Notes: a model not told the origin generated them from the sequence alone. DNA of 64,000 nt from Octopus vulgaris (GCA_951406725.2 OX597815.1:26474001-26538000), one strand, 5' to 3'. Counted from the stretch's first letter, positions 27,383 to 42,704 are shown. A program made the numbers and translations.

Positions 27383-27628
27383 TGCGCCCTTTTAAAGCCT
27401 AACCAGGCTCATGGGCCCGGTTTCCCGGTTTCTATGACGTATGTGTTCCCCTGCTGAACAGGACGCCAGTCCATCGCAGAGTTACTCATTTTTGCCAGCT
27501 GAGTGGACTGGAGCAACGTGAAATGAAGTGTTTTGCTCAAGAACACAACGCGTCGCCTGGTCCAGGAATCGAAATCACAATCTTACGATCATGATGCTGA
27601 CACCCTAACCACTAAGCCACGTGCCTCC
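27383..27628 (-). mobile_element. SINE family C, full length
   Basis: Reverse complement has a tRNA-like head GGAGGCACGTGGCTTAGTGGTTAGGG...GATTTCGATTCCTGG; its tail matches 55792-55896. Confidence 0.88.
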
Positions 27629-27690
27629 ACACTTATTTATATATATAAGTACCCATCTACCCATCCATATATGTGTATGCGTATGTATAC

Positions 27691-27749
<59 letters not shown>

Positions 27750-28050
27750 TGTAGACATACATATACATATGTATACACGCACACATATACTTATATACAT
27801 GTATACCCACATACATGTATATATATATGCATACACATGGCACGCGCACGCACACACATGCATGCATATATCTATTTCATTTCTCAGTGGTTAATATATC
27901 CTGTGTTCACTTTGTTTGAAATGGATATTCATGAACGCTAAAGAACTTTCTTCTCATTGCAGTCGTAAGTACAATTGATTAAAACTTATTTTCGGCTCAA
28001 TTAATACGCAGTTGCAAGTGCATGTGTGTGTATGTGTATGCAGATATGTG

Positions 28051-28134
<84 letters not shown>

Positions 28135-28263
28135 GTGCGTGTGCATACATATATGCATATATGTATACATATATATACATATATACAAATATACGAACAT
28201 ATATATATATATATATATATACATATATATACACACATACATACACATATATATATATATGTG

Positions 28264-28306
<43 letters not shown>

Positions 28307-28355
28307 CTGTTGTCACGTCTTTTCTTGTAAAAGTATAGTAATATAACGGACATAC

Positions 28356-28477
<122 letters not shown>

Positions 28478-29081
28478 AAAAAATCCTATGTATATGAGTT
28501 CCTGTGTGATTGAATGCGTATATCTGTATGCATAGGAAGATACATAAAGTGTTGGTTGAATGGTTTTGATTCATAAGTTGTTTGAGAGACATAAAGACAA
28601 ACAGGTAGATAGATAAACGTCACACCTTCTTCACACTCCTTAAAAATTCAGACAGGTGTGTTTGTGTTTTGTTTTTTTTCTCTTTTTCGTTTGAGTGTAT
28701 GTGTATATATGTGTATGCAAGCGTATGCAAGCCCGTAAGCGAGTTCGTATAATTGTGGTTGTACGTGCAAGTCCGACGATCAAGGTGGTAGGCGTTCTTT
28801 CATCTCAGTTCGATGTGCCGATTAAACAAACAATTTAGTTTACAAGTGGATTGCTTAATAAAACACTGGCTTCAATGAAAGAGGAGGTTGTATTTGGGTA
28901 GTTCAGTTCGGTGGTCGTCGTTCGTGACGGAAGGTTAAATATATATAAAAAAAAATAACAAAACAGTAAAGTGCTCGGGAAACAGAGAAGGAGAGAGAGA
29001 GAGAGAGAAGGAGGAGAGAGAAAGACGATAAAAAGGAGGAAAGGAAGAGAAAAAAGTGTCGAATGAAAAAATGAGTGTATG

Positions 29082-29305
<224 letters not shown>

Positions 29306-29425
29306 GTGCGCGTGTCGGGGTATGTGTGTCTAGGTTTGCGTATATGTACAAGTGGGTGTGCGTGTGCATGTGTGTCTGTGTTTGTGTGTCTGTGTATTTG
29401 TGTGTGTGTGTGTGTCTGTGTATTT

Positions 29426-29468
<43 letters not shown>

Positions 29469-29652
29469 TGTGTATTTGTGTGTGTGTGTGTGGTGTGTGT
29501 GTTTAGTACGGACAGTACCGAACGAAGATTAAAAATAAATAAATAGATATAACGTGTGAGGGTAGAGAAATCATTCCAAAATGTCGACGACCGAGAAATG
29601 CTGAGAAGCGAGGTGGTTGCTTTTGTCCATTTATTACAATCACAACTTTTTT

Positions 29653-29683
<31 letters not shown>

Positions 29684-29819
29684 TTTGTTTGTTTTGGGGG
29701 GCTTTTTTTTTTTTTACTCCCATTGATAACTTTCCTGAAATCTTTGTGAATGGCAAGAGAAATGTTATGTTATCCTCAGTTGCTCGGTAACACTTCGTGT
29801 CGAAGGTGCCGGTGGTGAT

Positions 29820-30068
29820 GACGACGTGACGTTGACGACGGTGGCGGCGGCGGCGACGACGACGACGACGGTGGCGACGACGACGGTGGCGACGACGACG
29901 GTGGCGACGACGACGGTGGCGACGACGACGGTGGCGACGACGACGGTGGCGACGACGACGGTGGCGACGACGACGGTGGCGACGACGACTGCGACGATGA
30001 TGATGATAGAAGTGGGGGAGGAGGGGAAGATGGGGAGGGGGAGGGGAGGAGAAGAAGAAGAAGAAGAA

Positions 30069-30115
<47 letters not shown>

Positions 30116-30186
30116 AGAAGAAGAAGAAGAAGAAGAAGAAGAAAAAGAAGAAGAAGAAGAAGAAGAAGAAGAAGAAGAAGAAGAAG

Positions 30187-30216
<30 letters not shown>
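29820..30216 (+). repeat. (GTGGCGACGACGACG) x about 8 minisatellite followed by (GAA) x about 55
   Basis: 15-bp unit at 29871-29989; GAA run at 30051-30216 with two interruptions. Confidence 0.95.
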
Positions 30217-30217
<1 letters not shown>

Positions 30218-30617
30218 GGTGCGTTCTTGTGCACGGTCACAAACCAAAAAACATTTAAGGGGAAGAATAAGTGTATACCCTATGAAATAAACGGACCTCA
30301 GATAATGACTGGTTCTGAATTCATCGATCCCGGATATACGTAAGACAAATATGTCTTCCAAAGAGATTTAAACGAATAAAGATACAAAACTGCAAACTTA
30401 CAACGGAGAACACTGAGTTTAGAGTACTACCGATTCTATCACTAACCTTCTGGTTATATTCTACACCAGCTCTTGTTGAGTACGAACAATTCAGTGATTT
30501 AATGATCCTCCTTATCACTAGAGCAATGAAAGGTACAGCTGACCATTGTGGTGATGTTAAGCTCAGAACCTGGAAGCTAAAATCTCAGATAAAGGTATGT
30601 GTCAGCGATTGCAGTGA

Positions 30618-30962
<345 letters not shown>

Positions 30963-32441
30963 ATACCCTGATGCAGTACCAGGCAATGGCTCTCATGGCT
31001 TCTGATCTTAACTGATTGGAAGCGTTATCATGTACATTGTTTTGTCTTAGTATAAAAGATGGGCTACAGCAAATATTCTGCTCAATACCACTAATTTGTT
31101 GTTGGTTGTTTGACTATAACCAGATGAGCATGCCCCTTAGTGGCTGACAATATGTGCATCTCTGATCACGAGCAGAAGTAGTTTGGGAGAATCATAGACA
31201 TGTGTTGAGAGGAATTCTTTGGGATTTGGATTATTCATCTCTGGAAATATGGGTGTTTCGTTCAACATCCTTAAACAACCCTTATTCAGGGACCTTTTGA
31301 ACGGGATGGGCTACTCGACCTGAAGAAAATTCTAACTGGGCCCCTCTAAGCATTTCGTCCGGCATGCTAACATTTCTGCTAACGTAAATAATAATAATAG
31401 TAATTTAATACAAGATTGTCAAAATTATAGTGACTGTAACCGAGAATAGTTAGAAATATTAAATGACATGACACTTTAAACACTAATCACTGGTTACGTA
31501 AGAACTAAATAAGGCCACACAATAACAAATGTTACAGAGCAATTAATGTTAAATCTTACAATCTGACGACAGCTTCTAATAGTAATGACAGCGTGCATCA
31601 TTACCTACAAGAGCCAGTAACTAGAATCAACTCAAAGATATGGTGAGAAATAATAAAATAGGCCCTGAAGAAATAAAATTCATACCAAGTCAAACGGATA
31701 AAATATTCAACATAAAAATGAAAATATTATTAAAATAACAAGTGATACAGTAAAAGTGAAAGTAATATCAAAAAATGGAATAAATATGACATAAATCACA
31801 TAAATTATGTAATAGCCCAAGCAATATCCGAAGAAGCTGACAGTGAAATCAATGAAAAGGCAAAACAAGTTGATAAACTATATAAGACAGCATGGGAAGA
31901 AAAATTACAAAAGGAAAAGAAGAAATTAATCAAAGAAGAAACGATATAGTAATGATATATAAAAATGAAGTTAAGATATAAATAAAAAGAAAAACGTTGA
32001 ATGATACAAAAGCAAAAAATAAAAGAACGTTAAGGAAAAGCATTATGTTGGAGAAATAAAAGGAAATGGTTTATAACAATTAAAAAAGCTCAAAGGGTAA
32101 AGAGGTTTTCCCCCAAAAAAAGCTATAAAAACAATCCAAAATAACAAAATAAATTTCCATAAGCTAAACAACCAAATCATGGAAATAGAATATTCCATAA
32201 CTAAAGAAACGATAAAAGGGAAGGAGCTCATAGCCTGAATAACCTACAGAGATTCCGAAGTTTTTGAATTATGCACCCAGAGAAGTTCGTATTCATTTAT
32301 ATTCCTAAGAGTGTAATCCAATAAAAATTTTTGAAAGCAATTTTCAAACAGCACCTCCATCAAGATGTCCACAGTTCGAATGTATTTCATGCGGAATCAA
32401 ACAGCAAAATAAGTTGGATCCGAATGGATACACAAAATACT

Positions 32442-32652
32442 ATATTGGTTTCTATTTTTTGCATAAGACCAGCGGTTAAGGGTTTAAGTCGATTACATCA
32501 ACCTCAGTCTTCAATTGGTGCTCATTTTATCGACTCTGAAAAGATGAAAGGCAAAGTCAACCCCGACGGTATTTGAAATCAGAACGTTAAAGACGGACGA
32601 AATGCCGCTAAGCATTTTTCCCGGCATGCTAACGATTCTGCCAGCTCACCGT
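32442..32652 (-). mobile_element. SINE family A
   Basis: GATGAAAGGCAAAGTCAACC...GACGGACGAAATGCCGCTAAGCATTTT...GCTAACGATTCTGCCAGCTCACC. Confidence 0.85.
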
Positions 32653-33081
32653 CTTACGTACAAATACAATATTGATTACATTAAGTAACAGGTTTTACAA
32701 ATAAATATACAAAATCGACTTTGAACCAGAGGAATTTTAGTTAACTCCTATAAAATGTGAATTTAGCTCTTTGTAAATAAGGAATTTTAGAACATTTAAG
32801 TATTACTTATAGATACAATCTTATTTCTCGATCGATGTAAATAATCGAACAATTTTCATTGTATGTTTCATTGCCAATGAAGATAAATCAGCTAGTGCAA
32901 TCCACATCGCAAACATGATATTCCAGAAAAACTTTATTCAAAATGAGCGAATTTCTTTGGCCTGCTATCTTTTCTCTAAAAGTCATCATAAGGTTGATAA
33001 TTAGTACGATAATAATGTTCTGCATAATAAATTATATATTTTTTCTTTCACACATATTTACCTTTGTATCACACTCACTCA

Positions 33082-33176
<95 letters not shown>

Positions 33177-34038
33177 CTATTGTAGAATTTTAATCAAGTT
33201 GAGAGACTTCACAACGACTATCTTCTTTCCATGCCACCTGGTATTCATGAATGTGATACGATCACTTTCTAGGGAGAATGATTGACATATCAGGTAACTT
33301 TGGTGATGAAATTAGTGCGAAAATACGAAAGCTAGATGTCTGTGAAATATTAAAGCATACAGGGATTAATAAATGAGACCAAATCAAATCAAATTACAGC
33401 ATGGATAACAGGTTTATCTGAATGGAATACATTCGAAAAGTAAAAATATTTCTACGGAATGAAAAAGATATGAAAGAAAAAATGAGGGCTAAAAACGTTT
33501 TGATGCATCAGCTATAAGAACAGTGTAGTAACAGCCGGAAGTTATATTAGATTCGAAACACAAGCGAAAGCGTCTAGCAAAAAAGATATTTCATTATGCA
33601 AAATCTCTACATTTAAATATAATAGAAAAGGAAAAACAAAGATAGCAATATTTCGAATCTCAAAAGGAAAAAGTAAGATAAGACAAAAATATTAAATATA
33701 CAAGCGAAAATGTTATCCGGTGAACTTAAAGAATCGAATCATAAATAGAAATGGGAGCCCCTAAATCTATCAAATTTTTTTATTTTGAATACTAAAAAGG
33801 AAACATGTTAAAAATCATAAACGTAACTAAAGCAATATTTGAATTAAAACTATAAATGACACAGAAAATTATTATTCTGGAAACCAAACCTCAGTTTTTC
33901 CCCTATAATGTATCGACCAAATGAACAAAAAAAAATATTGACATACCTTTCTGAAAATATATTTGAAAGAAAAATAAAATATAATTTCAAATATTTCCAA
34001 CGCAGAACCAGTATCTTAAGGCAAGACGCTATGAATAC

Positions 34039-34134
<96 letters not shown>

Positions 34135-34163
34135 TTATATATATATATTTATATACATATATT

Positions 34164-34235
<72 letters not shown>

Positions 34236-35695
34236 TGTGTGTATATATCAAAACCAAAGTTTAATATTGAATGCATGTTCAGTTTTAGTAAACCATTACA
34301 CGCTAAAAAACTATGTCTTCGGATTAAGATTCAAAGAAAAGTAATGTTCCTTTTGTTGACTTGGATATGAAGAGGCACAAAACTTATTTGTAGAAAGACC
34401 AAGATATAATCTAATTATTCTGAAATTATCACATAAGATAAAACTAATTTGTGGATTAATCATCAATGATGATTATCTCTGAGGTCAAAAACGTTGTGTC
34501 AACTCAAACAAAATGTTTCACAAAAATTATATTAAATGTACTCCTCAGTCGCATCATCCCCTATAATCACTCTATACCCGATTAAACTTGATACATAAAA
34601 CGGGATCCCAAATTTTCCAGGACCCTCTGTAGATAAGTTCTAAACTAGAGTGTGAAAGCAAATTTCCAGTCCATCAGCACTTTATATATCTGAGGGTGAA
34701 CGTATTTCTGTTTCCAGAAAATGTTTATAATAAGGTATATATGTTTGAAATTGAATCATTCAATTTCACAAACAAGCCAACGATTATATCTATACGTAGT
34801 CACCCGACCTGCTAGAAATAGCAACAAAACCTCATTAATATCAAACATAACCGTTTAAAATAAGATGCAGAGCACATTGATAATGTGGTTCTATATACAC
34901 TATGTCTAAAAAAAAAAAAAAGAATAGATACAACTGAAACATGTTTGATAACAGTTCTGTCTGATCACAGCTGATTTGGTCTTCAACAAAAACAGCAAAC
35001 AACAACAGCAACATTTAGTGTAAAACTATATAAAGAAATCTTCATCTCATAATTTAGAGTTCGGTTTGATTGATTTCTTTAGAGGAACTTTGAGATACTT
35101 GGACATATGTAAATTTAATTCAGTAAAAATATTAATATCACCAAATGAAAGCTGATATTAGTTTATTGTATAATTTTCGCCAGGACTACATAATCTCTCC
35201 ACAATTTCTTCGCTAGGCCCAAGAGAACTTACAGTTATTTTAATCGATTTATTGATTACTACTATATTCTGTTGTAGTATTTTATTGGCATTATCTTGCA
35301 TACCGAAGAAGGTTTTATTGTTTTTTTTTTTGTTTTTGTTATCACTTTTTTGTTATTTCTACTTTTTGTCTATTTCTCATGTTTTTTCCTTTGTAATGGT
35401 GAATCTTCATAGAGAGAGATTACTGTTTCCAAATTTCTGAAAGAAGAGAGTAGGACAAGATTAAAGTGTCTCACATAAATATACTAGCTCTGATAAATTG
35501 AAACATATGCAAGTGAAGTGAATTAGTTGATATGTTGTTGCTGCTTCTATACCGTGTGTGACTTTGTACGTGCAGACTAAGTATATATAAATATACCGCA
35601 TATACACCCATCATATACGTTCTACACATATGTGTGTGTGTGTGCGTGTATGTGTATAAGTATATGTGTATAAGTATTTGTGTATATGTGCTTAT

Positions 35696-36082
35696 ACTCT
35701 TTACTTGTTTCAGTCATTTGACTGCGGCCATGCTGGAGCACCGCCTTTAGTCGAGCAAATCGACACCAGGACTTATTCTTTGTAAGCCTAGTACTTATTC
35801 TATCGATCTCTTTTGCCGAACCGCTAAGTTACGGGGACGTAAACACAAGCGATGTTGGGGGGACAAATACAGACACACAAACACACTTACATATATATAT
35901 ATATACACATACATATATACGACGGGCTTCTTTCAGTTTCCGTCTATCAAATCCACTCACAAGGCTTTGATCAGCTCGAGGCTATAGTAGAAGACACTTG
36001 CCCAAGGTGCCACGCAGTGGGACTGAACCCCGAACTATGTGGTTGGTAAGCAAGCTACTTACCACACAGCCACTCCTGCGCC
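35696..36082 (-). mobile_element. SINE family B, full length
   Basis: Reverse-complement match to 48422-48830 and 62889-63290. Confidence 0.92.
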
Positions 36083-36125
36083 TATATGTATATGTGTGTA
36101 TATATATATATATATAGATAGATAA

Positions 36126-36366
36126 ATTTTAAATTTTGACACGAGGCCGGCAAATTCAGGTAGGGGGTTAAGGCGATTACCGCGACCCCAACACTCAACT
36201 GCTACTTTTGTTTTATCAACTTCGGCGTTTAACTGGTACTTATTTTGTCGACCCTGAAAGGATGAAAGGCAAAGTCGACCTCGACGGAATTTGAACTCAG
36301 AACGTAAAGACGGACGAAATGCCGCTGAACATTTTACCCGGCGTGCCAACGATTCTACCAGCTCCC
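36126..36366 (-). mobile_element. SINE family A
   Basis: CTGGTACTTATTTTGTCGACCCTGAAAGGATGAAAGGCAAAGTCGACCTC...GAATTTGAACTCAGAACG. Confidence 0.88.
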
Positions 36367-36396
36367 CAACAAAGTCTGGAAAATACGTAGCTGTAT

Positions 36397-36519
<123 letters not shown>

Positions 36520-36861
36520 CATCGTCGAAGATGCATTTTAGACATTTAAGAACAAAAAAAACTACTGTATTCCCCTTACATTTATTTATTAATAGTACAG
36601 TCTATTATGAAGTGGTAAAATGTTTCGTCGAATTTCTGCTAACATAATTCCACTGCATCTTACAATGTAGCGGAATTATGTCAGCGGTTTCATTACTTGT
36701 CCTTTCACCCTCACACAGTCGTTCTCTCTCTCCTTCTCTCTCTCTCTCCTTCTCTCTCTCTCTCTCACATACACACACTCTCTCTTTCTCTTTCTCTCTC
36801 TCCCTCTCTCTTTCACTCTTTGTCTCTCTTTCTCTCTCAATTTCTCTTTCTCTCTTTCTCC

Positions 36862-36903
<42 letters not shown>

Positions 36904-37364
36904 AACACACATTTCACTCTTATATCATTTTTTATAAGATAAAGGAAACTGGGATACCCATTTTAAAATTATCTTAGGAAGTTGATTATTTGAATATTCT
37001 AAGTGCCCTCTCAACCAGAAAGTCCCATTAAATATCTCTGCGAATGTGCGTGTGTAGCTGTACGCTTGTGTGTGTGTGTGTATGTGTGTGTGTGTGCGTG
37101 TGTGTGCATGTATGTGTTTGTGTATGTGTGCATGAGGAGCTAAATTTTGACCATAAGACATCTAGTCAAAGATAGATAAAAACAAGGGGGAAAAAATCAA
37201 TTAAATTCCCCATACAGTTGTTTGCCCTCATAGTTGAATTCACAATGTGAAGTTCCGTGATCGAACGCTGTCGAGCCGTTTTTAATAATCCTTTTAACTC
37301 TCTCTGTCTCTCATTCACAATATATCTCTCTATCACTATCTCTCTCTCTCTCCCTCCTTCTCCT

Positions 37365-37458
<94 letters not shown>

Positions 37459-39627
37459 CACTTCACACAATAATATTGTGTCGACTGGACACATCTAGCG
37501 ATAGTTGAAACTGCTCCTTTTTCTACATACATCAACAGACAAAATGAATCAACTAACAATAGGACGCTTGCGCCTGCGCATGCCTACAAGTGTTGTTTTC
37601 TTTGTTTTGCTTTGTTAACTTGTGCTTAAATCTGTTCGATGTTCCCCATCTTGTCAAACGTGAATTCGTTCCAGTTGTTTAAGTTTGCTCCATGTTTCCG
37701 ATACTTCTACTGAGAATTATAGCTATTATTCTTCAGCCTATATTGACTTGTAAGTTAAATGGAGGGTTTATGCTTCGTCTCAGCTTACACATAGCATATT
37801 GTATTTTACACTTTACATGAAAAATAAAACAAACTAAACACATGCGTCAGACATGCAAGAGTCAGACAATGGCAAAATTTCCTGTTCTTTTATGGAGCGT
37901 TTTAATGATATTGTGTGCTCACAGAGACGTCTGTATTGCTATGTCCTCGTGTTTTTTAATATCGTTCACGTTTTGAATAAACTATTGACTATTTCGTGTA
38001 AACATCCTAAATATAGAATTGGTAAAGAAGTAGAGACCTATGTTCAGATTGCTATAAACTTGTGTACAAATTGAGAAAAATACTGTAAACACGATAGAAG
38101 CTTTGAATGTGTACACGAATGTAAAGTGACAAAAATCTTTGGGAAATTTTAATGTGTATATGTGAGAGATTGGTTGTTTGCAGGTATGTAAGCACGGTGA
38201 TCCATAACTTTACCTTTACATGTCCGCTGTGTCTCCAGCTATGACGACTTGAGGTTCTATGTAGCTTCCTTGCTTACATTTCCTGTCTCACAGGGTTCAA
38301 TTCTTTTGCATGGTTGAAATCTGAAATAGAATAATTTTAGTTTTTATTTAATTATGTAGATATTTATTTATTGATTTATTGGTTTTTGCAGTTCATTTTC
38401 GGTTTGTAGTATTTCAAATAACAGACATCCCGTGAGCTCTTTCATTGATGCTGAAGTTATATTTTCTCTTTAGAGTGTCGAAATGTATAATATACAGAAT
38501 CAGTGCTTTAATGGGTTTTACGTATCAAATGACACGGTTCAGTGCTTGAAAGTCACACGTTTTAATAAATACAACATTTATGAACTGATTCAACTGCAAT
38601 CAGTCAACACTGCTATATTTTCAAAGAGAGTAAAGTATGAAATGAGAATACAAGATATGCTATTCTTCAGTGTAAGAATTACTTGCAAGTTTTAATTAGT
38701 GATTTATTTACGCTTATTAATTAAGCTGAATTTTAGTGCTAATACTCCTGAGAAAATCGAAAGCACTATAACATCGCGTGACTGGTTTAAGTCTGAAAGT
38801 TTATGTTCATATAAGAAATCTTGATTTTAGAACTGTATTATAAATCAAAGAAGGTTGCTAACATAAAAAATTAAGAGTTTATTCAATCAGGAATTCTTTT
38901 CCTTCCTTAATCACCTAAAATTTTGGATTGCAAGGAAGTCATAAAAAGTAGCTTCAATAATTACATAATCTTAGGTATCTAAGAACAATCAGTCAAATTC
39001 CGAATACGAATTTTATTTTCATTAATAATATTATCAAAATTAGATTTATAGTCTTATTTTTTACTATCGAGATAAATTTCTGAAAATTATTAAATTATCA
39101 GATTCAAATCCACGTTATTATCGGTTTAACAATTTAGGACAAAACAAATGAGGGAAACTGTTAAGATTTAGCAACTAGCTGTACTTTCTGTGTTTGTGAT
39201 CCTATTTTCTATTCTATCACTTTCGCAAAAACTAAAGCCATGAATTTAATACATTCGTTGAGATAAGTGCTTATATGCATTCTGTGTGAATGAACAAATA
39301 CATATACGTCTAAATACTGCTTCTCTTATACATAACGAAATTTTATTCAGGTGAGCAGCTAATTGCAACGTCAGTGATTTATCAATCACTGTAACGAGAC
39401 ATTTTGCCTTGCATGCAGTGGCCAGCGGATACATAATGCTGAAGAAGGCCAAAAAGGCAGAAATGAGCATCTAGCATTCACGTCACAGCTGCTGGATGAT
39501 TTTCGTTTCCTACTGATTTACTTTTGTTTTATTTAACACAGCAAGATGTTATCTCTGGACAAATACGGCAGTAAATTTGGATTTACGTGATACATCTCTA
39601 TTAAATATGATTACGCAGATTTATACA

Positions 39628-39658
<31 letters not shown>

Positions 39659-39673
39659 GTGTATGTATGTATG

Positions 39674-39705
<32 letters not shown>

Positions 39706-39714
39706 GATCAATGG

Positions 39715-39923
39715 TCTTTCCCAAGCCACAGATTAATTAGGCCGTTTCTTCGATTTCTGTAGCGAATATATTCACCCACTGGACAGAACACCGGTCTGCC
39801 ACAGCAGGATTATTCATTTTTGCGAGCTAAATGGACTGGAGCAACGCATCTCCCGGTACAGGATTCGAAACCACATTTTTATGATCATGAACACAACACC
39901 AAAAGCTCTAAGCTACGCTCTTC
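39715..39923 (-). mobile_element. SINE family C, degenerate
   Basis: TGGACTGGAGCAACG...GGATTCGAAACCACATTTTTATGATCATGA...CTAAGCTACGCTCTTCC is similar to 27400-27628. Confidence 0.65.
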
Positions 39924-39924
39924 C

Positions 39925-40045
<121 letters not shown>

Positions 40046-41223
40046 CATATGTATATGTATGTCTACATATACATGTATGTATCTGAATATATATTTATAT
40101 ATTGGACGTTCATAATAACAAAAGTGTGGAATGACAAGAAAGCTACATTGTCACACAAAATGAAATGACCGTAAATGGTCAATAAAAGAGAAAAGAAGGA
40201 AAAAAAACAGTAAAGACATCTGAACCAATTCGTTAACCGAAAGGTTTATTAAATTAATCCTTTATAATCCATTAGGATTAACAGAGAATAATAAATTCAG
40301 TGGCACATATCAAATCAACGCACGATCTTTGTGTTCTGTGATGCACTTCATTTTTATAGTTATGAGTGTCTGAGAATGTCCGTGTGTGTGTATGTGTGTG
40401 TGTGTGTGTATGTGTGTGTGTGTGTGTGTGTGTTTGTGTGTGTGGGGGGCAAGTATGTGTGAGTGGTTGTGTGAGTTAGTGTGGGTACGTGAGAAATTGT
40501 GTCATTTCTACGTATCTCAATTCATTATCTGCAGTCTGTATATACATCCGGCCGGATTGTGAGTCTTTGTGTTTATATGTGGATGGATGGATTCGTGTAT
40601 GTGTTAGTCTGTAGTTATGTGCATGTGTCATTGTGTTTATTCATTATTTAGTGTATGCGTGTGTGTGTGTGTATTTGCATGTATTCATGTGTGCGTGTAT
40701 GTGTGGGTATGTGTATTTGATGTTCCCGGTCAAACTTTGTCCTTGTATATATACCAGTCACATTGTGAGCATATGGTGTTACATGTTTGTATGTGTATGT
40801 GTGTGTGTGTACTTGTGTGTATGCTCATGCGTGTGTGTGTGTCTGTGTATATGTCTGCCAGTATTCATGTGTGTGTGCGAGCGTATGTGTGTGAGTGTGT
40901 GTATGTGAATCTGTACATATATTTGTGTTCGTGTTTGTGTTTTGATTGCCAAATGTGATTGCAATTATTTGTCTGCAAAGATGTGGCAAATTCTTTGTCC
41001 TCTCGCCTCTGTTTATGTGCGTACGTGCTAATGTAAGCGTACTTCTGTTTGTGTATATAAGTATATGTATGTGAGTGAGTATGTGTGTATGCGTATATTC
41101 GTGTGTGTACATGAGTGTTTATTTGTACGGGTCTATAAGTACCTAAGTCACTATAATATCGCTTTCTTAATGAGAGAGACAATCAAACTAACACAGGGAA
41201 AAGAAAACAGGGATCAAACGGTT

Positions 41224-41279
<56 letters not shown>

Positions 41280-41317
41280 TCTCTCCTGTATCACCAAGCC
41301 CTTCCATACATTATATC

Positions 41318-41361
<44 letters not shown>

Positions 41362-41378
41362 TAATAATAATAATAATG

Positions 41379-41445
<67 letters not shown>

Positions 41446-42377
41446 TGATGATGATATTCACTTAACCCATCCATTTGTTATTGATGCCATCGCTAATTGC
41501 TTTTTGTTTTATGCCTTTTTTTTTACTAGTGGTCAGTCAGTTTTTATTTTTTTATTATTATTCTCTTCATGAAAGGCTATTGATCTGTTCCCGCCAGGTC
41601 CGTGTGTGAAACATTTTATCCACTTCTCCGCCAATGCTTATAACATCAGCGCGCCCAATATATAATGCCAAATGTCGCTAGCAATGGTTTCGCTATTCCA
41701 TTGTTCGTTCCTTGCTAGTTGAACCTCTCTATCCCCTGCTCCCTACGCTCCGCTGAGACACCTCTACCCATATATAAATGATACTACTTACATTTTCCAC
41801 ATGCTTGCTTCAACACTTCTTTCCTAGGAACATATTTATTTATTTGTTTATTTATTTATTTATTCCAAGGATGGAGTAACCTTTTTCAAATAATAGTTAT
41901 AGTTTGTTTGTCGGGAAGGCGGTGGGCATTTTTAGCTTGATTTGCTTAATTTTGCTCGGTCTCTCGACATACGGATTGGCCACAATCACAACTCCTTTTC
42001 TTGCGTTGGTGAAAGGTCCCCGTCGGTCACTATATATCACCTAATATGACGTGAGATGCAATACGATTAACTACTTCGATTGTACTTTCACTTTTAACGA
42101 TAACATTACACTCTCTTGCTTTTGTCCTTGTTTTTTTTCTCTTCTTTTTAATCTGAGTTTTTTCTGAAAAGATGTGCGTGTGTTTGTATGTGTGTGTGTG
42201 GTGCGTGATGTGTGTGTGTGTATGTGTGTGCGTGTGTGTGTGTGTTTGTACAATTTAACGTTATATGCTTATTAAACTTTTACAAGGGAAAGGTTAAACA
42301 GTGATTTTGAAGTGTGACGAGGCGAGCGAGCCGAAACTTCGAAGTTACTACAAACATTTTCCATATAGAAGTTTTGC

Positions 42378-42486
42378 ACATACATACACATACATACATA
42401 CATGCATGCATACATACATGCATGCATACATACATACATACATACATGCATGCATGCATGCATGCATACATACATACATACATACA

Positions 42487-42519
<33 letters not shown>

Positions 42520-42704
42520 GCATGCATGCATACATACATACATACTTACATACATACATACATGCATACATACATACATACATACATGCATGCATACATA
42601 CCTACATGCATACATACATGCATGCATACATACATACATGCATACATACATACATACATACATACATACATACATGCATACATACATACATACAGACATA
42701 CATG

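Noticed and set aside
30963-31345. About 380-bp block next to (AAT)n that looks like an interspersed repeat
   Set aside because: Single copy in this window with no diagnostic motif; it needs a repeat library search.
31480-34500. A-rich plus-strand region suggestive of a very old L1-like LINE
   Set aside because: Only faint peptide hints (e.g. GLINETKS); no intact RT motif could be read.
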